A DNA stretch of 64,000 nt from IMG/VR virus record IMGVR_UViG_3300050821_004020, positions 9,302-73,301 of that record; one strand, written 5' to 3'. Positions within the stretch are counted from its first letter, which is position 1; the number at the start of each line of letters is the position of its first letter. The DNA comes from a virus (Duplodnaviria; Caudoviricetes). Shown here piece by piece: positions 7,840 through 17,183 of this stretch. Both the position numbers and the translations under genes were made by a program. Under the pieces are notes generated by a model. The model made no database searches. It had not been told where the DNA came from and saw only the letters and a program-made list of their open reading frames with translations.

Positions 7840-10043
7840 GCCTCTACCGGTTCCTTTACTGCGTTGCCCATGTACTCGGACGCGATCTTTGCTAAATCAA
7901 ATTGAACCGGCTGCGGCCCGTAAGACAGGAACTGCACATCTGCCTGTGCGGGAGTCTTAACTACGCGGCCCCGGGCCATTGCATGCAGGAAGAAGAGATC
8001 GTATAGGTTCGTCTTCTTAATCTTCGTAAACGCCTTGCCCACCAGCACGATCTTCTCTTGCTGGTTCCGAATGTTCGAGCCTATTCTGGACGCGCCGCTA
8101 ACTTCGGAGTCAACCCAGATAACACGGCGTTCCTGTAAATCAATAATCATGGGCACGACCATGCTGGACTCTGATGTAACGTCAATCTTGTCTACGACTG
8201 TCTTAGGCTCAAAAATTTCTCCCGAGCCTGGCTCCTGACGTAGCATCCAACCAGCGAAGCACTCTGGGACCTGATGGAAGCCGTCCGGCCCGGCGTACTT
8301 GTTAACGGACATCACGATGTAGCGGGCGCCATATCCCAGGGCGGACGGAATATCAATGTCAATGAATTCCGCCGCGCCCTTTGGCGCATCCGTGATGTCG
8401 CCAGAATGAACGGCCTTGTAAGTAGCTTCACGGGCCCCGTAGTAATTCCGCAGGTTGCCGTACCACACGGAACCTTTGCTGTTCCAATCTGCGTCATACA
8501 TGGACGCAGACAGATCAAGATCGACGCGCCCGTTGCGATAGCCGTCATATTCATCATGATGGCCGGCACTTGTGTTCTTCCAATGGATGAAGAAGCGCAG
8601 GGTGTCCTTATCGCTGCCGAACGGAATCTGAGATCCACGCGTAACCGTGCGCAGACTGGCGGACGCCGAACGCTGGCTGAACGGCACTAAATAGTTCTTC
8701 AGTTCCGGGTCAATGTAAACCTTGCCCAGCTTCGGAAGCTGAGAGAAGCGCTGGCGCAGAGCATCCTCGGAGTAAACCACGATGCCGTTGATCAAGTCCG
8801 GATCAAGTGGCTGGCGGTCCTTTTCCTCGAGAAGCATAATCTTTGAGATGTTGCCCTTGGGCATGATGACACGGAAATTCTGCTTGTTCCTGTTCTCGAA
8901 ATGACTGATTACCTGCAGCAGGACGGGCGTAGAAACCTGGTCCGCAACTTCACGGAAGCGGTCAATGATCCCAATACCCACAGCGGGTGCATTCTCTGCC
9001 AACCGCAGAAGATGATCCAGCCGGCGAGCGAATTCACCGGGACGCTTCTGCAGCATTTCAACCGCTGACGTCACTAAGCCGGACGCCAGCCTGGACTCGA
9101 CTAATGAATTAAATGTATTCAAGCGACGGCCATTCCGCGCCGCATCAAATGCAGCACGCACAAACCGATAGCTGGGATTCTTAAATTCCTTGGGGTGCAA
9201 TCGTTCCCCCAGCCGCTTCATTCGCTCATAGTCGCGGGCGAAAGACTCATCCAGATTCTTATCCTGGGCGAGCATGTCCATCAGGCCACGGCGCACGTAC
9301 CTGGGGAAGGACTTGAACTTTGTGTTGTCCTTAAGGGACACGTCGCCGCCAGATAGAGCGGTCGCAAGACGCAACACGTCCGTGCCGGTCTTGAACCAGT
9401 CCAGCTGGACGGGCTCCTTTTTGTTGATCAACGCCGCCGCGTAAGTAACGAGGTTTTCCTTGTTAGGAATCACGACGTCCGCATCAAGACAGTAACCTGC
9501 TCCCACTAACGCAACCATATCTGCTTTGTCCGTAGCGGACAGAGACGTATTCGAGGTAACGAGCTGGTCTTGAAGCTCCCAGAAATCAAGGTCAGCCTTC
9601 ACTTCACCGATAGCCTTCAGAACAGTCAGTTTGACCTTTTCGGTCATGGGCTCCCTAGGAGACTTGCGATACGTCGGCAGCCAAATGTAATCTGGGTTGT
9701 GCGCGATGTCCGCGATCCACACGGAGAAATAGTGCATGATGGCGTTCAAATACAATTCGCCTTCAGCGGCCTCGGCCACTTGCTGGGGGAAGTTAGGATA
9801 CATTACGCGGAAAAAGCCCGAGCCTCGCGCAGCGGATAACAACGCTAAAACTTCCTGCATAACGGGCGCAGACTTAGATTGCTTTGTGCTCTTGAGTTTT
9901 TGGATGGAAGCAGCGGATAGCGTGTAACCAAGTCCTTGAAGATTCAAATTGAACGCGGCCACTGCGCCTGGGTTGGTGGTACCCGGGGCATCAGGCAGGA
10001 CGATATAGTTCTTACGACGAAGCAGAATTGAATTCACGGACAT
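7836..10043 (-). CDS. large helical (probably Ro/TROVE-related) protein fused to a C-terminal TerD domain
   Basis: C-terminal RFFIHW..VDLDLSA..SGDITDAP.GAAEFIDID is TerD-like; the N-terminal TROVE relationship is recalled family knowledge, not computed. Confidence 0.7.
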   Translation of the reverse strand: MSVNSILLRRKNYIVLPDAPGTTNPGAVAAFNLNLQGLGYTLSAASIQKLKSTKQSKSAPVMQEVLALLSAARGSGFFRVMYPNFPQQVAEAAEGELYLNAIMHYFSVWIADIAHNPDYIWLPTYRKSPREPMTEKVKLTVLKAIGEVKADLDFWELQDQLVTSNTSLSATDKADMVALVGAGYCLDADVVIPNKENLVTYAAALINKKEPVQLDWFKTGTDVLRLATALSGGDVSLKDNTKFKSFPRYVRRGLMDMLAQDKNLDESFARDYERMKRLGERLHPKEFKNPSYRFVRAAFDAARNGRRLNTFNSLVESRLASGLVTSAVEMLQKRPGEFARRLDHLLRLAENAPAVGIGIIDRFREVADQVSTPVLLQVISHFENRNKQNFRVIMPKGNISKIMLLEEKDRQPLDPDLINGIVVYSEDALRQRFSQLPKLGKVYIDPELKNYLVPFSQRSASASLRTVTRGSQIPFGSDKDTLRFFIHWKNTSAGHHDEYDGYRNGRVDLDLSASMYDADWNSKGSVWYGNLRNYYGAREATYKAVHSGDITDAPKGAAEFIDIDIPSALGYGARYIVMSVNKYAGPDGFHQVPECFAGWMLRQEPGSGEIFEPKTVVDKIDVTSESSMVVPMIIDLQERRVIWVDSEVSGASRIGSNIRNQQEKIVLVGKAFTKIKKTNLYDLFFLHAMARGRVVKTPAQADVQFLSYGPQPVQFDLAKIASEYMGNAVKEPVEA

Positions 10044-10062
10044 TTATTCGTCCTTTAAAAAG

Positions 10063-10139
10063 AATCTGGGCGGAGAGCGCAAGAGCTAGGCTTTTTATCA
10101 GAAGGTTTAGAAGGAAGCCCTTACATAGCCGCCCAGATT
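10063..10139 (-). ncRNA. structured RNA, copy 2, upstream of the TROVE-like/TerD gene
   Basis: AATCTGGGCGG/CCGCCCAGATT stem, internal loop, GTAAGGGCT/AGCTCTTGC stem, TCCTTCTA loop. Confidence 0.7.
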
Positions 10140-10165
10140 TTATTGTACTACTTTTGTTAGATCAA

Positions 10166-10245
10166 GGGCTGGAGAGCACCAGAGCTACTTTGGCGATGCA
10201 CCCTTTCGGGTGCTGAGTAGAAGGAAGCTCTGATATAGCCAGCCC
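10166..10245 (-). ncRNA. structured RNA, copy 1, upstream of the TROVE-like/TerD gene
   Basis: GGGCTGG/CCAGCCC stem, internal loop, TCAGAGCT/AGCTCTGG stem, TCCTTCTA loop. Confidence 0.7.
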
Positions 10246-10253
10246 GCACTACC

Positions 10254-10283
10254 ATTACTACTGCAACTTCAAAAACCTGTCAA
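10254..10283 (-). promoter_or_regulatory. sigma70-type promoter
   Basis: TTGACA-17/18-TAGTAAT; 21 bp identical to the tRNA-array promoter. Confidence 0.75.
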
Positions 10284-10296
10284 GTACTATTTTCAA

Positions 10297-10560
10297 CTAA
10301 TATTGAATTGCCGGATTGCGGTTAATTATATCCATGTCCGTCTGATCTAACTCGCTAACCAGCCTATCATACTCTTTCTTAATGAGGTCCATTTCGATCT
10401 TCTGCACCACGCGGCTGGCCACGGCTTCGACTAAACGCTCAAACTCAGCCTCGGCCAATACCGCCACGATATTAGCGTCAGTCGTGAGTCGCAGGGGAAA
10501 CGGCGGTCTCAGCGTTGGCGGATGCTGCGGTATTTCGAGCGGCACGTCGTTTTCTGGCAT
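10297..10560 (-). CDS. hypothetical protein
   Basis: SD GAGGA; ORF track. Confidence 0.6.
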   Translation of the reverse strand: MPENDVPLEIPQHPPTLRPPFPLRLTTDANIVAVLAEAEFERLVEAVASRVVQKIEMDLIKKEYDRLVSELDQTDMDIINRNPAIQY

Positions 10561-11026
10561 TTGCTTTCCTCTCTTTCTTGGCAGCTGCGGCTTCTTTATT
10601 CCAGAGGCCCCAGGTCTTCTTCTCGTTCCAACCCAGGATTTCCTTTGCTAATTCCCGGGCGTCTTTCAGCTCCTCTTCCGTGAATTCTTCCGGGACCAAT
10701 TTACGAACGAGAGCAACGAACTGTTGGTTCCTCTTGCTCAGGTGCGGATTCTTTCGCTTCTTGGCAAATGCCGCCGCTCCCAGAATTGCCTTGTGCGCCT
10801 TCAATGGATTCAGGCTGGGAATCGACGTAAAGTCTTCGCCCTCGGAATCCTTAGCGAACTTCTGCTCGCACTTGATGCTCTCTCGGTGGCGTAGATCGCA
10901 CACTGGGCAGTTTATCATCTTTCCCAATTCCGGGTGACGGTCGGCAAAGCTGCGCTGGCGGATTGCCTTTAACGCTTCCTCTGCCGCTATCCCGACTTTC
11001 CAAGGCTCAGCTGTTATCTTGTTCAT
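10478..11026 (-). CDS. hypothetical protein with CxxC
   Basis: ORF track. Confidence 0.65.
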   Translation of the reverse strand: MNKITAEPWKVGIAAEEALKAIRQRSFADRHPELGKMINCPVCDLRHRESIKCEQKFAKDSEGEDFTSIPSLNPLKAHKAILGAAAFAKKRKNPHLSKRNQQFVALVRKLVPEEFTEEELKDARELAKEILGWNEKKTWGLWNKEAAAAKKERKANARKRRAARNTAASANAETAVSPATHD

Positions 11027-11165
11027 CAGATTTACCTAAATTAGCCAACGCCGCTCCTAGATATGCCGCGCCCAAAACATCAAATGTGTGGAACCACGGG
11101 TGGTTCTCGCCGGGAAGCGGGAGTAACAAAGAGGCAAACGCTACTATGATAAGAAGCACTCTCAT
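11007..11165 (-). CDS. small membrane protein
   Basis: Two hydrophobic segments; ATGA overlap. Confidence 0.55.
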   Translation of the reverse strand: MRVLLIIVAFASLLLPLPGENHPWFHTFDVLGAAYLGAALANLGKSDEQDNS

Positions 11166-11332
11166 ATGTGTATCCCGTACCGGATTGCTGAGTAAACCAC
11201 GTAAATCCAACCTAGGAATATGCTGTCAATGATGGCCCAGAAGTAGCTATGCCAGTGCGTAAAGGACATATAGAAGGCCAGCCCTGCGCCCGCTAGCATC
11301 GTTAATTTGCCGCTAAATTCGGCCTCACTCAT
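11162..11332 (-). CDS. small membrane protein (56 aa, below ORF-track cutoff)
   Basis: Hand translation MSEAEFSGKLTMLAGAGLAFYMSFTHWHSYFWAII...; fills the gap and overlaps both neighbours. Confidence 0.6.
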   Translation of the reverse strand: MSEAEFSGKLTMLAGAGLAFYMSFTHWHSYFWAIIDSIFLGWIYVVYSAIRYGIHI

Positions 11333-11940
11333 AACGCTCTCCCAAAATCATATCTCCGTCCGGTGTGTTTCTTTTCGTCATTCTTAGGCTCTGGCGTTCC
11401 TTCAGATAGGACTTTGACTACTTCTTTTATTTTTCCGACTTTCCCTAAAGTTACCTGCCGCAAGCGAGCACCGAGACTTTCTAAATTCCAAGCTATGCTT
11501 TCTCCGTACGCTTCAATACGTTCTTGCTCTTCCTTGTTGTCACTGACGTTGGCGCGTTCAATGTGCGCCTTCTCAATCGTCGGAGACTTCTTTACTTGCG
11601 TTGTCTTTAAGCTTCTCTTACCGTCTGGGCTTACCGTCCGGATAATGTCGTCGCCCAGAACTGGGATCTGCCTGGTTACATATACTTTGCCTATGCCGCC
11701 ACAGCATACACAGGTCTTCTTCAGCGGATCTAACGCTCCGCAGACGGGGCAATCCTCCTCTGCCCTGCTTGGCTTGAAAACCGTCGTGTATTGAGCCAAG
11801 CCGCGCTCGACTTCTACCCGGGCCTCCTCTACTGTAACGTATTGCCGGCATCTGCATTTCTTTGGGGACAGCGGCGTATCTTCTTCAAACCCTTTCTTCC
11901 TCTGGAAGCACGTGTGCGCCAGGACCTTTCGTATCTCCAT
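11329..11940 (-). CDS. Zn-finger protein (DnaJ-like CxxCxGxG)
   Basis: CPVCG...CVCCGGIG. Confidence 0.7.
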   Translation of the reverse strand: MEIRKVLAHTCFQRKKGFEEDTPLSPKKCRCRQYVTVEEARVEVERGLAQYTTVFKPSRAEEDCPVCGALDPLKKTCVCCGGIGKVYVTRQIPVLGDDIIRTVSPDGKRSLKTTQVKKSPTIEKAHIERANVSDNKEEQERIEAYGESIAWNLESLGARLRQVTLGKVGKIKEVVKVLSEGTPEPKNDEKKHTGRRYDFGRAL

Positions 11941-11958
11941 ACCCCTCTCGAAGCTGCT

Positions 11959-12396
11959 TTAAGTTGTCATGGAGAGGATGGCATCGCCGTTAACTCCACT
12001 AGGACCCTCAATAGAGTCGCCCCCCTTCCGGATTGTTGACTTAAGGCCAGACATGGCCCTGTTTACGCGCCGAACCATCATCATAACGGCGTTAGGCGTC
12101 ATCTTTAGTTGCTCTGCCACGACCTCTCTGGTTGCCCCGACCTTGTAATACAGATAGATGAGCCCGAGCATCCTAGAAGCCAGCCTACGCTGTTCCTGAT
12201 CTATGTCGGCCTTAGGAAACCTAGATTTGATGTGCTGCGCTATCCTCTCGTCGTCATGCACCCACACGGGTACCCGTCTCATTCTGGCAGCATGCTGAGT
12301 CGCCCCGGCGGTCTTCATAATTCCGTGACCGCCGCTGACGAACGTATCACTGCTATCCAGTTGAGTTCTTAGATTCGAGAATGCACTCTCTCCCAA
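11959..12396 (-). CDS. HTH protein, sigma region-4-like
   Basis: LYYKVGATREVVAEQLKMTPNAVMMMVRR. Confidence 0.6.
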   Translation of the reverse strand: MGESAFSNLRTQLDSSDTFVSGGHGIMKTAGATQHAARMRRVPVWVHDDERIAQHIKSRFPKADIDQEQRRLASRMLGLIYLYYKVGATREVVAEQLKMTPNAVMMMVRRVNRAMSGLKSTIRKGGDSIEGPSGVNGDAILSMTT

Positions 12397-12681
12397 TTAT
12401 TCTCCTAGAAACTCTGTCTTCAACCGCTTCTGCTCGCTAGGGGATAAATCCGCGAACTTCTGCATTGTCAGTCTCCGGTTCCCCAGGAAAGTCAGGAACC
12501 TAGTTGCCCTTCTCTTTTCCGGAGACATTCTCTGCTCATCAAGCATGGTCACTAGCTCTTCTTCATAATCTATGAGGCCAACAGACCGGTGGCCTCGAGC
12601 TTCTCTATGCGTTGATATTCCTTCCCCGTACTGCCCATCTACGTCGGTCTTATCATTGGTTACAAAAATATTTACCTTCAT
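12397..12681 (-). CDS. hypothetical protein
   Basis: ORF track; operon packing. Confidence 0.6.
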   Translation of the reverse strand: MKVNIFVTNDKTDVDGQYGEGISTHREARGHRSVGLIDYEEELVTMLDEQRMSPEKRRATRFLTFLGNRRLTMQKFADLSPSEQKRLKTEFLGE

Positions 12682-12869
12682 CGGACCCCCATAATCCGAA
12701 GGAGCCGAGCGAATCGCTCTTCTCTTTCTATGTGGGATCTTCCAGGTACACCGCCCCCTTCTCCCTTACCATCTGAGCCGTGCCCGCCCTCATCCGCGCT
12801 GCCCCCTCGGTATTCCATGTTGTCGTAATCGTCCAAATTAGGTTTCTTTGCGCTGATTGCCTCGGTCAT
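12678..12869 (-). CDS. hypothetical protein
   Basis: ORF track; operon packing. Confidence 0.55.
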   Translation of the reverse strand: MTEAISAKKPNLDDYDNMEYRGGSADEGGHGSDGKGEGGGVPGRSHIEREERFARLLRIMGVR

Positions 12870-14053
12870 TAGTCGTCCTCTTGGAACAGTTCATCAAATG
12901 ACTGTTCATCTGATTTGGTGAAATTCTGTTGCTTGTAGCCGTCGTCCTGCAGGACAAACGCCCTGAAGTACGAGTCATTCCTGTCATCCTTGGGATAGCG
13001 AATGCCGAACGTGTTTGACCATTCCTTGTTCTTCCACGCATTTACTATGCCCATGATCTGCCGGCCTGCATTCCTGCCAGCATCATCAGCGGACTCCTTA
13101 CTAACGTAGCCAGCGTTGAATTGAATTCTCTGCTTGGTTATCGCGGATAACGGAGCTAATACTGCATTCTGCTCCAACCAATTAAACGCCCGCTCTTTTG
13201 CTGCATTCGTCTGGTCTAACTTGTCTCCTTTCTTTCCTTGGGCTCGATCCATTTCTCCCAGCATGAAATCGTTGTAGACTATCCATGCGGAATCTCCCTC
13301 TTCTTCAACTCTTGCAATAACTCCTTCTTGTCCTCTTCCGAAGCTACCAACGGCCTCAATAAAACTGATGCTATAGCCTTTTTTGTATCCGAGTCCTTTT
13401 TTGACGAACCACAACAGGGCGACGTCCCGAATCCCTGACACCCATGAATAACGCCTGAGTTGCGCGTCAAAGGCGGCCATTCCCGGCTGGTCCGGGAAAT
13501 CCACGGCGCTAGTCTTAATATCAACGATGAGCGGTCTGAAGGCTCCATACTTTTCGGTTGCTTTAGGTAATTTAGGATGCGCTGGATCCACGTAACAAAC
13601 GATGTCCAACTTGCCTTCATCTTCAATGCCGCCATAATTCTCATCTCCTGGAAATACTTCCTTGAAATACTTTCTCTGCCATACGGAGTTACCACCCATA
13701 GGAATAGGCAAGCTGGGCTGCACCGCTGCATAAAGACGAATCATGTCTGAGCCCATCTTGTTGCAGGTATCCCAGTCCTTTTCGTTATCCGTGTAGGACA
13801 AACTCAGCTCTTTGTTCGCGGCCCATCTGCGCTGGAAGTCTTCAAACGCGCCTTCACCACCGTGCTCATGATGAAACTGCACGGCCTCTTCCAGCGCCTT
13901 GCCGAACTGGAACCGAGCCTTATTGTCCCGTTCCCGCCAGCCGAGTACTTTTTGTAAGTAATATTTCAGAGGACATTGGTCCCAGGTATTCCCCGCTGAG
14001 TAGCTGTGCTTCCTCCAGGGTATCCCCTTGCTGTTCACGTATAGGTGCGCCAT
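12869..14053 (-). CDS. PD-(D/E)XK nuclease, RecB/AddB-like
   Basis: HSYS...CPLKYY, GKLD, IVDIKTS, QLRRY. Confidence 0.85.
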   Translation of the reverse strand: MAHLYVNSKGIPWRKHSYSAGNTWDQCPLKYYLQKVLGWRERDNKARFQFGKALEEAVQFHHEHGGEGAFEDFQRRWAANKELSLSYTDNEKDWDTCNKMGSDMIRLYAAVQPSLPIPMGGNSVWQRKYFKEVFPGDENYGGIEDEGKLDIVCYVDPAHPKLPKATEKYGAFRPLIVDIKTSAVDFPDQPGMAAFDAQLRRYSWVSGIRDVALLWFVKKGLGYKKGYSISFIEAVGSFGRGQEGVIARVEEEGDSAWIVYNDFMLGEMDRAQGKKGDKLDQTNAAKERAFNWLEQNAVLAPLSAITKQRIQFNAGYVSKESADDAGRNAGRQIMGIVNAWKNKEWSNTFGIRYPKDDRNDSYFRAFVLQDDGYKQQNFTKSDEQSFDELFQEDD

Positions 14054-15596
14054 CTTCCCTCTCTAGGAACATGCTGCGTGTCCCTGACCAACTAATTTGT
14101 AAGTTCTCTGCCGCTCGACTGCAGGCTACGAAAAAGATCCGCTTCTCTTCCGTTAGCTCGCCGTCTTTGTGCGGCATAACGCCTTGCTGTGCGCCGATCA
14201 CGAAGACGTTCTTCCATTCTCTTCCTTTTGCCTGATGCACAGTGGCTAGCATCAGATCCTTGTCCTTCTTGCTCTTTCTGCCATACGTCCGCTTGCGGAT
14301 GTAGGTTAGAAATTCCATCAGCGTTCCACCCTTGGTGGCCGCTAGCTTCACGATGTTATTTAAGTTTTCAATCGGGTCAGAGTTCATCTGATCCCCGGTG
14401 TTCCTGTACCGGTTGAACAGGTTGTGATCCTGGATGATCCGCTTGAGCGATGCAGCGGCTGGCTCTAGCTGGTGCGCGTCCTTGGCTAGATTAAGAAGGG
14501 CCTTTACCTCGTTCTGCTCCCAGTAGTCTTTCTTGCCTAGGTTTCTGTATTTTATTTCCTTGCTGGTTGCGATTCTCTGTACCTCGAACAGCTGACGATT
14601 TGTCCTGGCGATGATGACTGAGTTCTCTGGATCCTTCGTAGCCTCGTCTAATACCTTTCTGGCTTCAGTATCTGAGTCCGTATATTTCATTAGTACGGGC
14701 TCAACACCGTCCTCTTTATCCGTAGTCATATGAGATGCAATCCCATTGTCCAACGGAATAATCTCCTTAAAGAAATTCACCAGCCTCTTAGTACTGCGAT
14801 AATTCTGGCCAAGATAAAGTTTTCTAGCTCCGGGGAACAGTCTTTCAAAGTTAGAGAGATTCCCAGGTTGCGCTGACCGCCATTCATAAATGAGCTGGTT
14901 TTCATCTCCCACCACGAGGATGTTGCCCCCAAAGAGGAGTTGAAGAAGCCTGAATTGAGTGATGTCTGTGTCTTGACATTCGTCCACTGAGATGTATCGT
15001 TTTTGATTACGATGTCTAACATCTTCATTCGTCTCCAATAGTTTTACGGTCTCTCGCATCAGTGAGTCAAAGTCCAGCCAGCCTTGCTCTCTGCAGCCCG
15101 TCTCATAATCCGCATACGCGTTAGCGAAATAATACTCTTTACCTATTGCTTCCTTTATTGCCTGCTCTGGCTCAATGCTGGAGCGCTTCCACTCCGAGAT
15201 TCTTCCTTGTAGTGTCCTAAAGCTCGAGATCGCTGGGTAGGCCTTCACCAGATCAAAGAGCAGCTGGTAGTCTTCCCCACGAACCGGGATAACTGTGTCC
15301 GTTAATTGAAACGGCACAGCAGCTCGTTCTTTCTTGATTAGCTCCAAGGCGTAGGAATGAAACGTCCTGAAAACCTGGTCCGCGTTGAGCAGGCCGACTC
15401 GCTTGACCAGACTCTCGGCAGCCGCTGATGTAAAAGTCAGATTCAATATGTCCTTTTGAGAAATTCCTTTAGTGAGCATCTGAATATGACGTTCTATGAG
15501 GACAGTACTCTTTCCCGACCCGGGGCCTGCAATTACAACAAATGAGCCGTTCACTGCGTTTATAACTTCTTGTTGGGCCGAATTAAAAATGGTCAT
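13920..15596 (-). CDS. UvrD/PcrA-like SF1 helicase
   Basis: AGPGSGKS, VDECQD, VGDENQLIY, NYRST, TVHQAKGREW, FVACSRA. Confidence 0.95.
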   Translation of the reverse strand: MTIFNSAQQEVINAVNGSFVVIAGPGSGKSTVLIERHIQMLTKGISQKDILNLTFTSAAAESLVKRVGLLNADQVFRTFHSYALELIKKERAAVPFQLTDTVIPVRGEDYQLLFDLVKAYPAISSFRTLQGRISEWKRSSIEPEQAIKEAIGKEYYFANAYADYETGCREQGWLDFDSLMRETVKLLETNEDVRHRNQKRYISVDECQDTDITQFRLLQLLFGGNILVVGDENQLIYEWRSAQPGNLSNFERLFPGARKLYLGQNYRSTKRLVNFFKEIIPLDNGIASHMTTDKEDGVEPVLMKYTDSDTEARKVLDEATKDPENSVIIARTNRQLFEVQRIATSKEIKYRNLGKKDYWEQNEVKALLNLAKDAHQLEPAAASLKRIIQDHNLFNRYRNTGDQMNSDPIENLNNIVKLAATKGGTLMEFLTYIRKRTYGRKSKKDKDLMLATVHQAKGREWKNVFVIGAQQGVMPHKDGELTEEKRIFFVACSRAAENLQISWSGTRSMFLEREDGAPIREQQGDTLEEAQLLSGEYLGPMSSEILLTKSTRLAGTGQ

Positions 15597-15952
15597 CGTC
15601 GCCTTAGAAACTTAAAGATGCGCTCTGTTAGGTAGCCTAAGTGATATGCGACCGTCTCACTGCTGCTGATAAGGATTCGTGCGCTATGACCCCAACGGAC
15701 GCATTCGGCTTCAAAAAGATAAACGTTAAATTGCTGTTGCGAACAAAAATGGTTATGCCCGCCGAATTACTAATGTCGTCGTCTGAGATAACTTCAGTAG
15801 CGGGGTACTTCTTAACGGCCTTTTCAAAATTAGAAGTAACCTCAACATGGACAATGTAATTAGAGAAAACAGGAAACTCTATGTGAGTAAGCTCCACGCC
15901 CATCTCGTCAAACAGCATGTGACTAATCGCATGCCGTGTGTCGATCTTTCAT
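15593..15952 (-). pseudogene. HExxH protein gene with two internal segments in swapped order
   Basis: Order A-B-C-D is broken; A-C-B-D gives one 119-aa ORF with ATGA overlaps at both ends. Confidence 0.7.
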
Positions 15953-17094
15953 AGCCCTATACTTTCCTCAATAAATTTAATTGTGCCGGTGGGCCCGAAT
16001 TGAGCGAACACCTCGTCTAACTTGCCCAGATACTTCTCCCATTGCTCGATGCTGAGTTCATTCATGCTGGTAACATCAGAAAACATAATCTTGGCAAGTT
16101 CCCGCATCTTATCCGGGTTGCCCATACCTTCTCTGGGCGCGAACCCAGCGGGCTCGAGCTGATCGTTAATCAACTTGAAAAGGCGCTGACGGTACGGCTT
16201 GACTTCTTCCGTGCTTAAGCGAGGCTTCTTGACCGCTGGTGCCGGTGTTGATGCCGGTTGTGGAACGGGCGTAACTACTGGTGCCGGAGGCGGCGCGGGT
16301 GCCGGTGTTGGTGCCGGTTGTGCTTGGGGCGGCTCAGACGGGCCCAGATCGACCTTAGCCTTTCTGGGCTTCCTAGTCTTCTTGGGCTCAGGCCCCGCGA
16401 GGCAATGCTCATCGTTCAGCGAAGCGATTGCGTCAGCACGAAGCTTGGCCTGCCGCGTCTCAAACTGCTCTTGAGTCTCTGAAACGAATCCCGCAGCAAC
16501 GTTAGCGGCGCACGGAATGGGAACAGAAGCTTGCAAAACTTCTCCGGTATTTGGCAGCGTAATCTCAACAGCTTTTCCCGGTTCAGTATTTACTTGTACA
16601 GTGGGCTGCGGGATTACTGCTTGCGGCGTAGTATTGATAACCTTAACGGGCTGTCTGGAATTGATCTCACTTTCATCTAGTATTCCAGCACCAAGGAATT
16701 GCAAAGTCATTCTACGCACAGCTCGTGTTTGAGCCGTCATAATTGCATCGTCCAGATCTTTTCCGGATAGATTGGAAATGTACTTTGCGCCCGTAGCCAT
16801 TTCCTGCCGGCCATCTGTGCTCTTCCCTGTTGCAGTGAAGACGATTGATCCACCGACTTCTTTGCTGTCTAGGCTGGTCACACTGATGCCGTGATTGCTT
16901 CTGACGATCTCCGCGCCGCCACGTTTGATGTACGCTACAAGCCGAGCGGGGCCGTCCTCTTCATCTAGGTACGTCAGCATCACCAGATTCAATTCCGGCG
17001 GTATGCCTAGATGCTCGCAGACATTCTCAACATATGTCCGCTTCTGCTCTTCATTCAATGCTGAGAGATCGTAGATTGGTGTAAACTTTTTCAT
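15949..17094 (-). CDS. putative single-strand annealing protein (RecT/Red-beta/Rad52-like) with Pro-rich linker
   Basis: AIMTAQTRAVRRMTLQFLGAGILDESEI motif; next to the helicase and nuclease. Confidence 0.55.
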   Translation of the reverse strand: MKKFTPIYDLSALNEEQKRTYVENVCEHLGIPPELNLVMLTYLDEEDGPARLVAYIKRGGAEIVRSNHGISVTSLDSKEVGGSIVFTATGKSTDGRQEMATGAKYISNLSGKDLDDAIMTAQTRAVRRMTLQFLGAGILDESEINSRQPVKVINTTPQAVIPQPTVQVNTEPGKAVEITLPNTGEVLQASVPIPCAANVAAGFVSETQEQFETRQAKLRADAIASLNDEHCLAGPEPKKTRKPRKAKVDLGPSEPPQAQPAPTPAPAPPPAPVVTPVPQPASTPAPAVKKPRLSTEEVKPYRQRLFKLINDQLEPAGFAPREGMGNPDKMRELAKIMFSDVTSMNELSIEQWEKYLGKLDEVFAQFGPTGTIKFIEESIGL

Positions 17095-17117
17095 TTGTTG
17101 CTCCCTTACTATCAGTC

Positions 17118-17147
17118 ATACTAGACGTCATGGTACTAGCTTGTCAA
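17118..17147 (-). promoter_or_regulatory. sigma70-type promoter
   Basis: TTGACA-18-TAGTAT followed by SD AAGGGAG. Confidence 0.65.
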
Positions 17148-17183
17148 GCATTTCTTTAGATATTTTAAACCCTTTATTTGCTA

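Noticed and set aside
13920-14053. Possible helicase-nuclease frameshift fusion (AddA-like)
   Set aside because: The nuclease has its own SD and ATG and no slippery site was seen; simple overlap is sufficient
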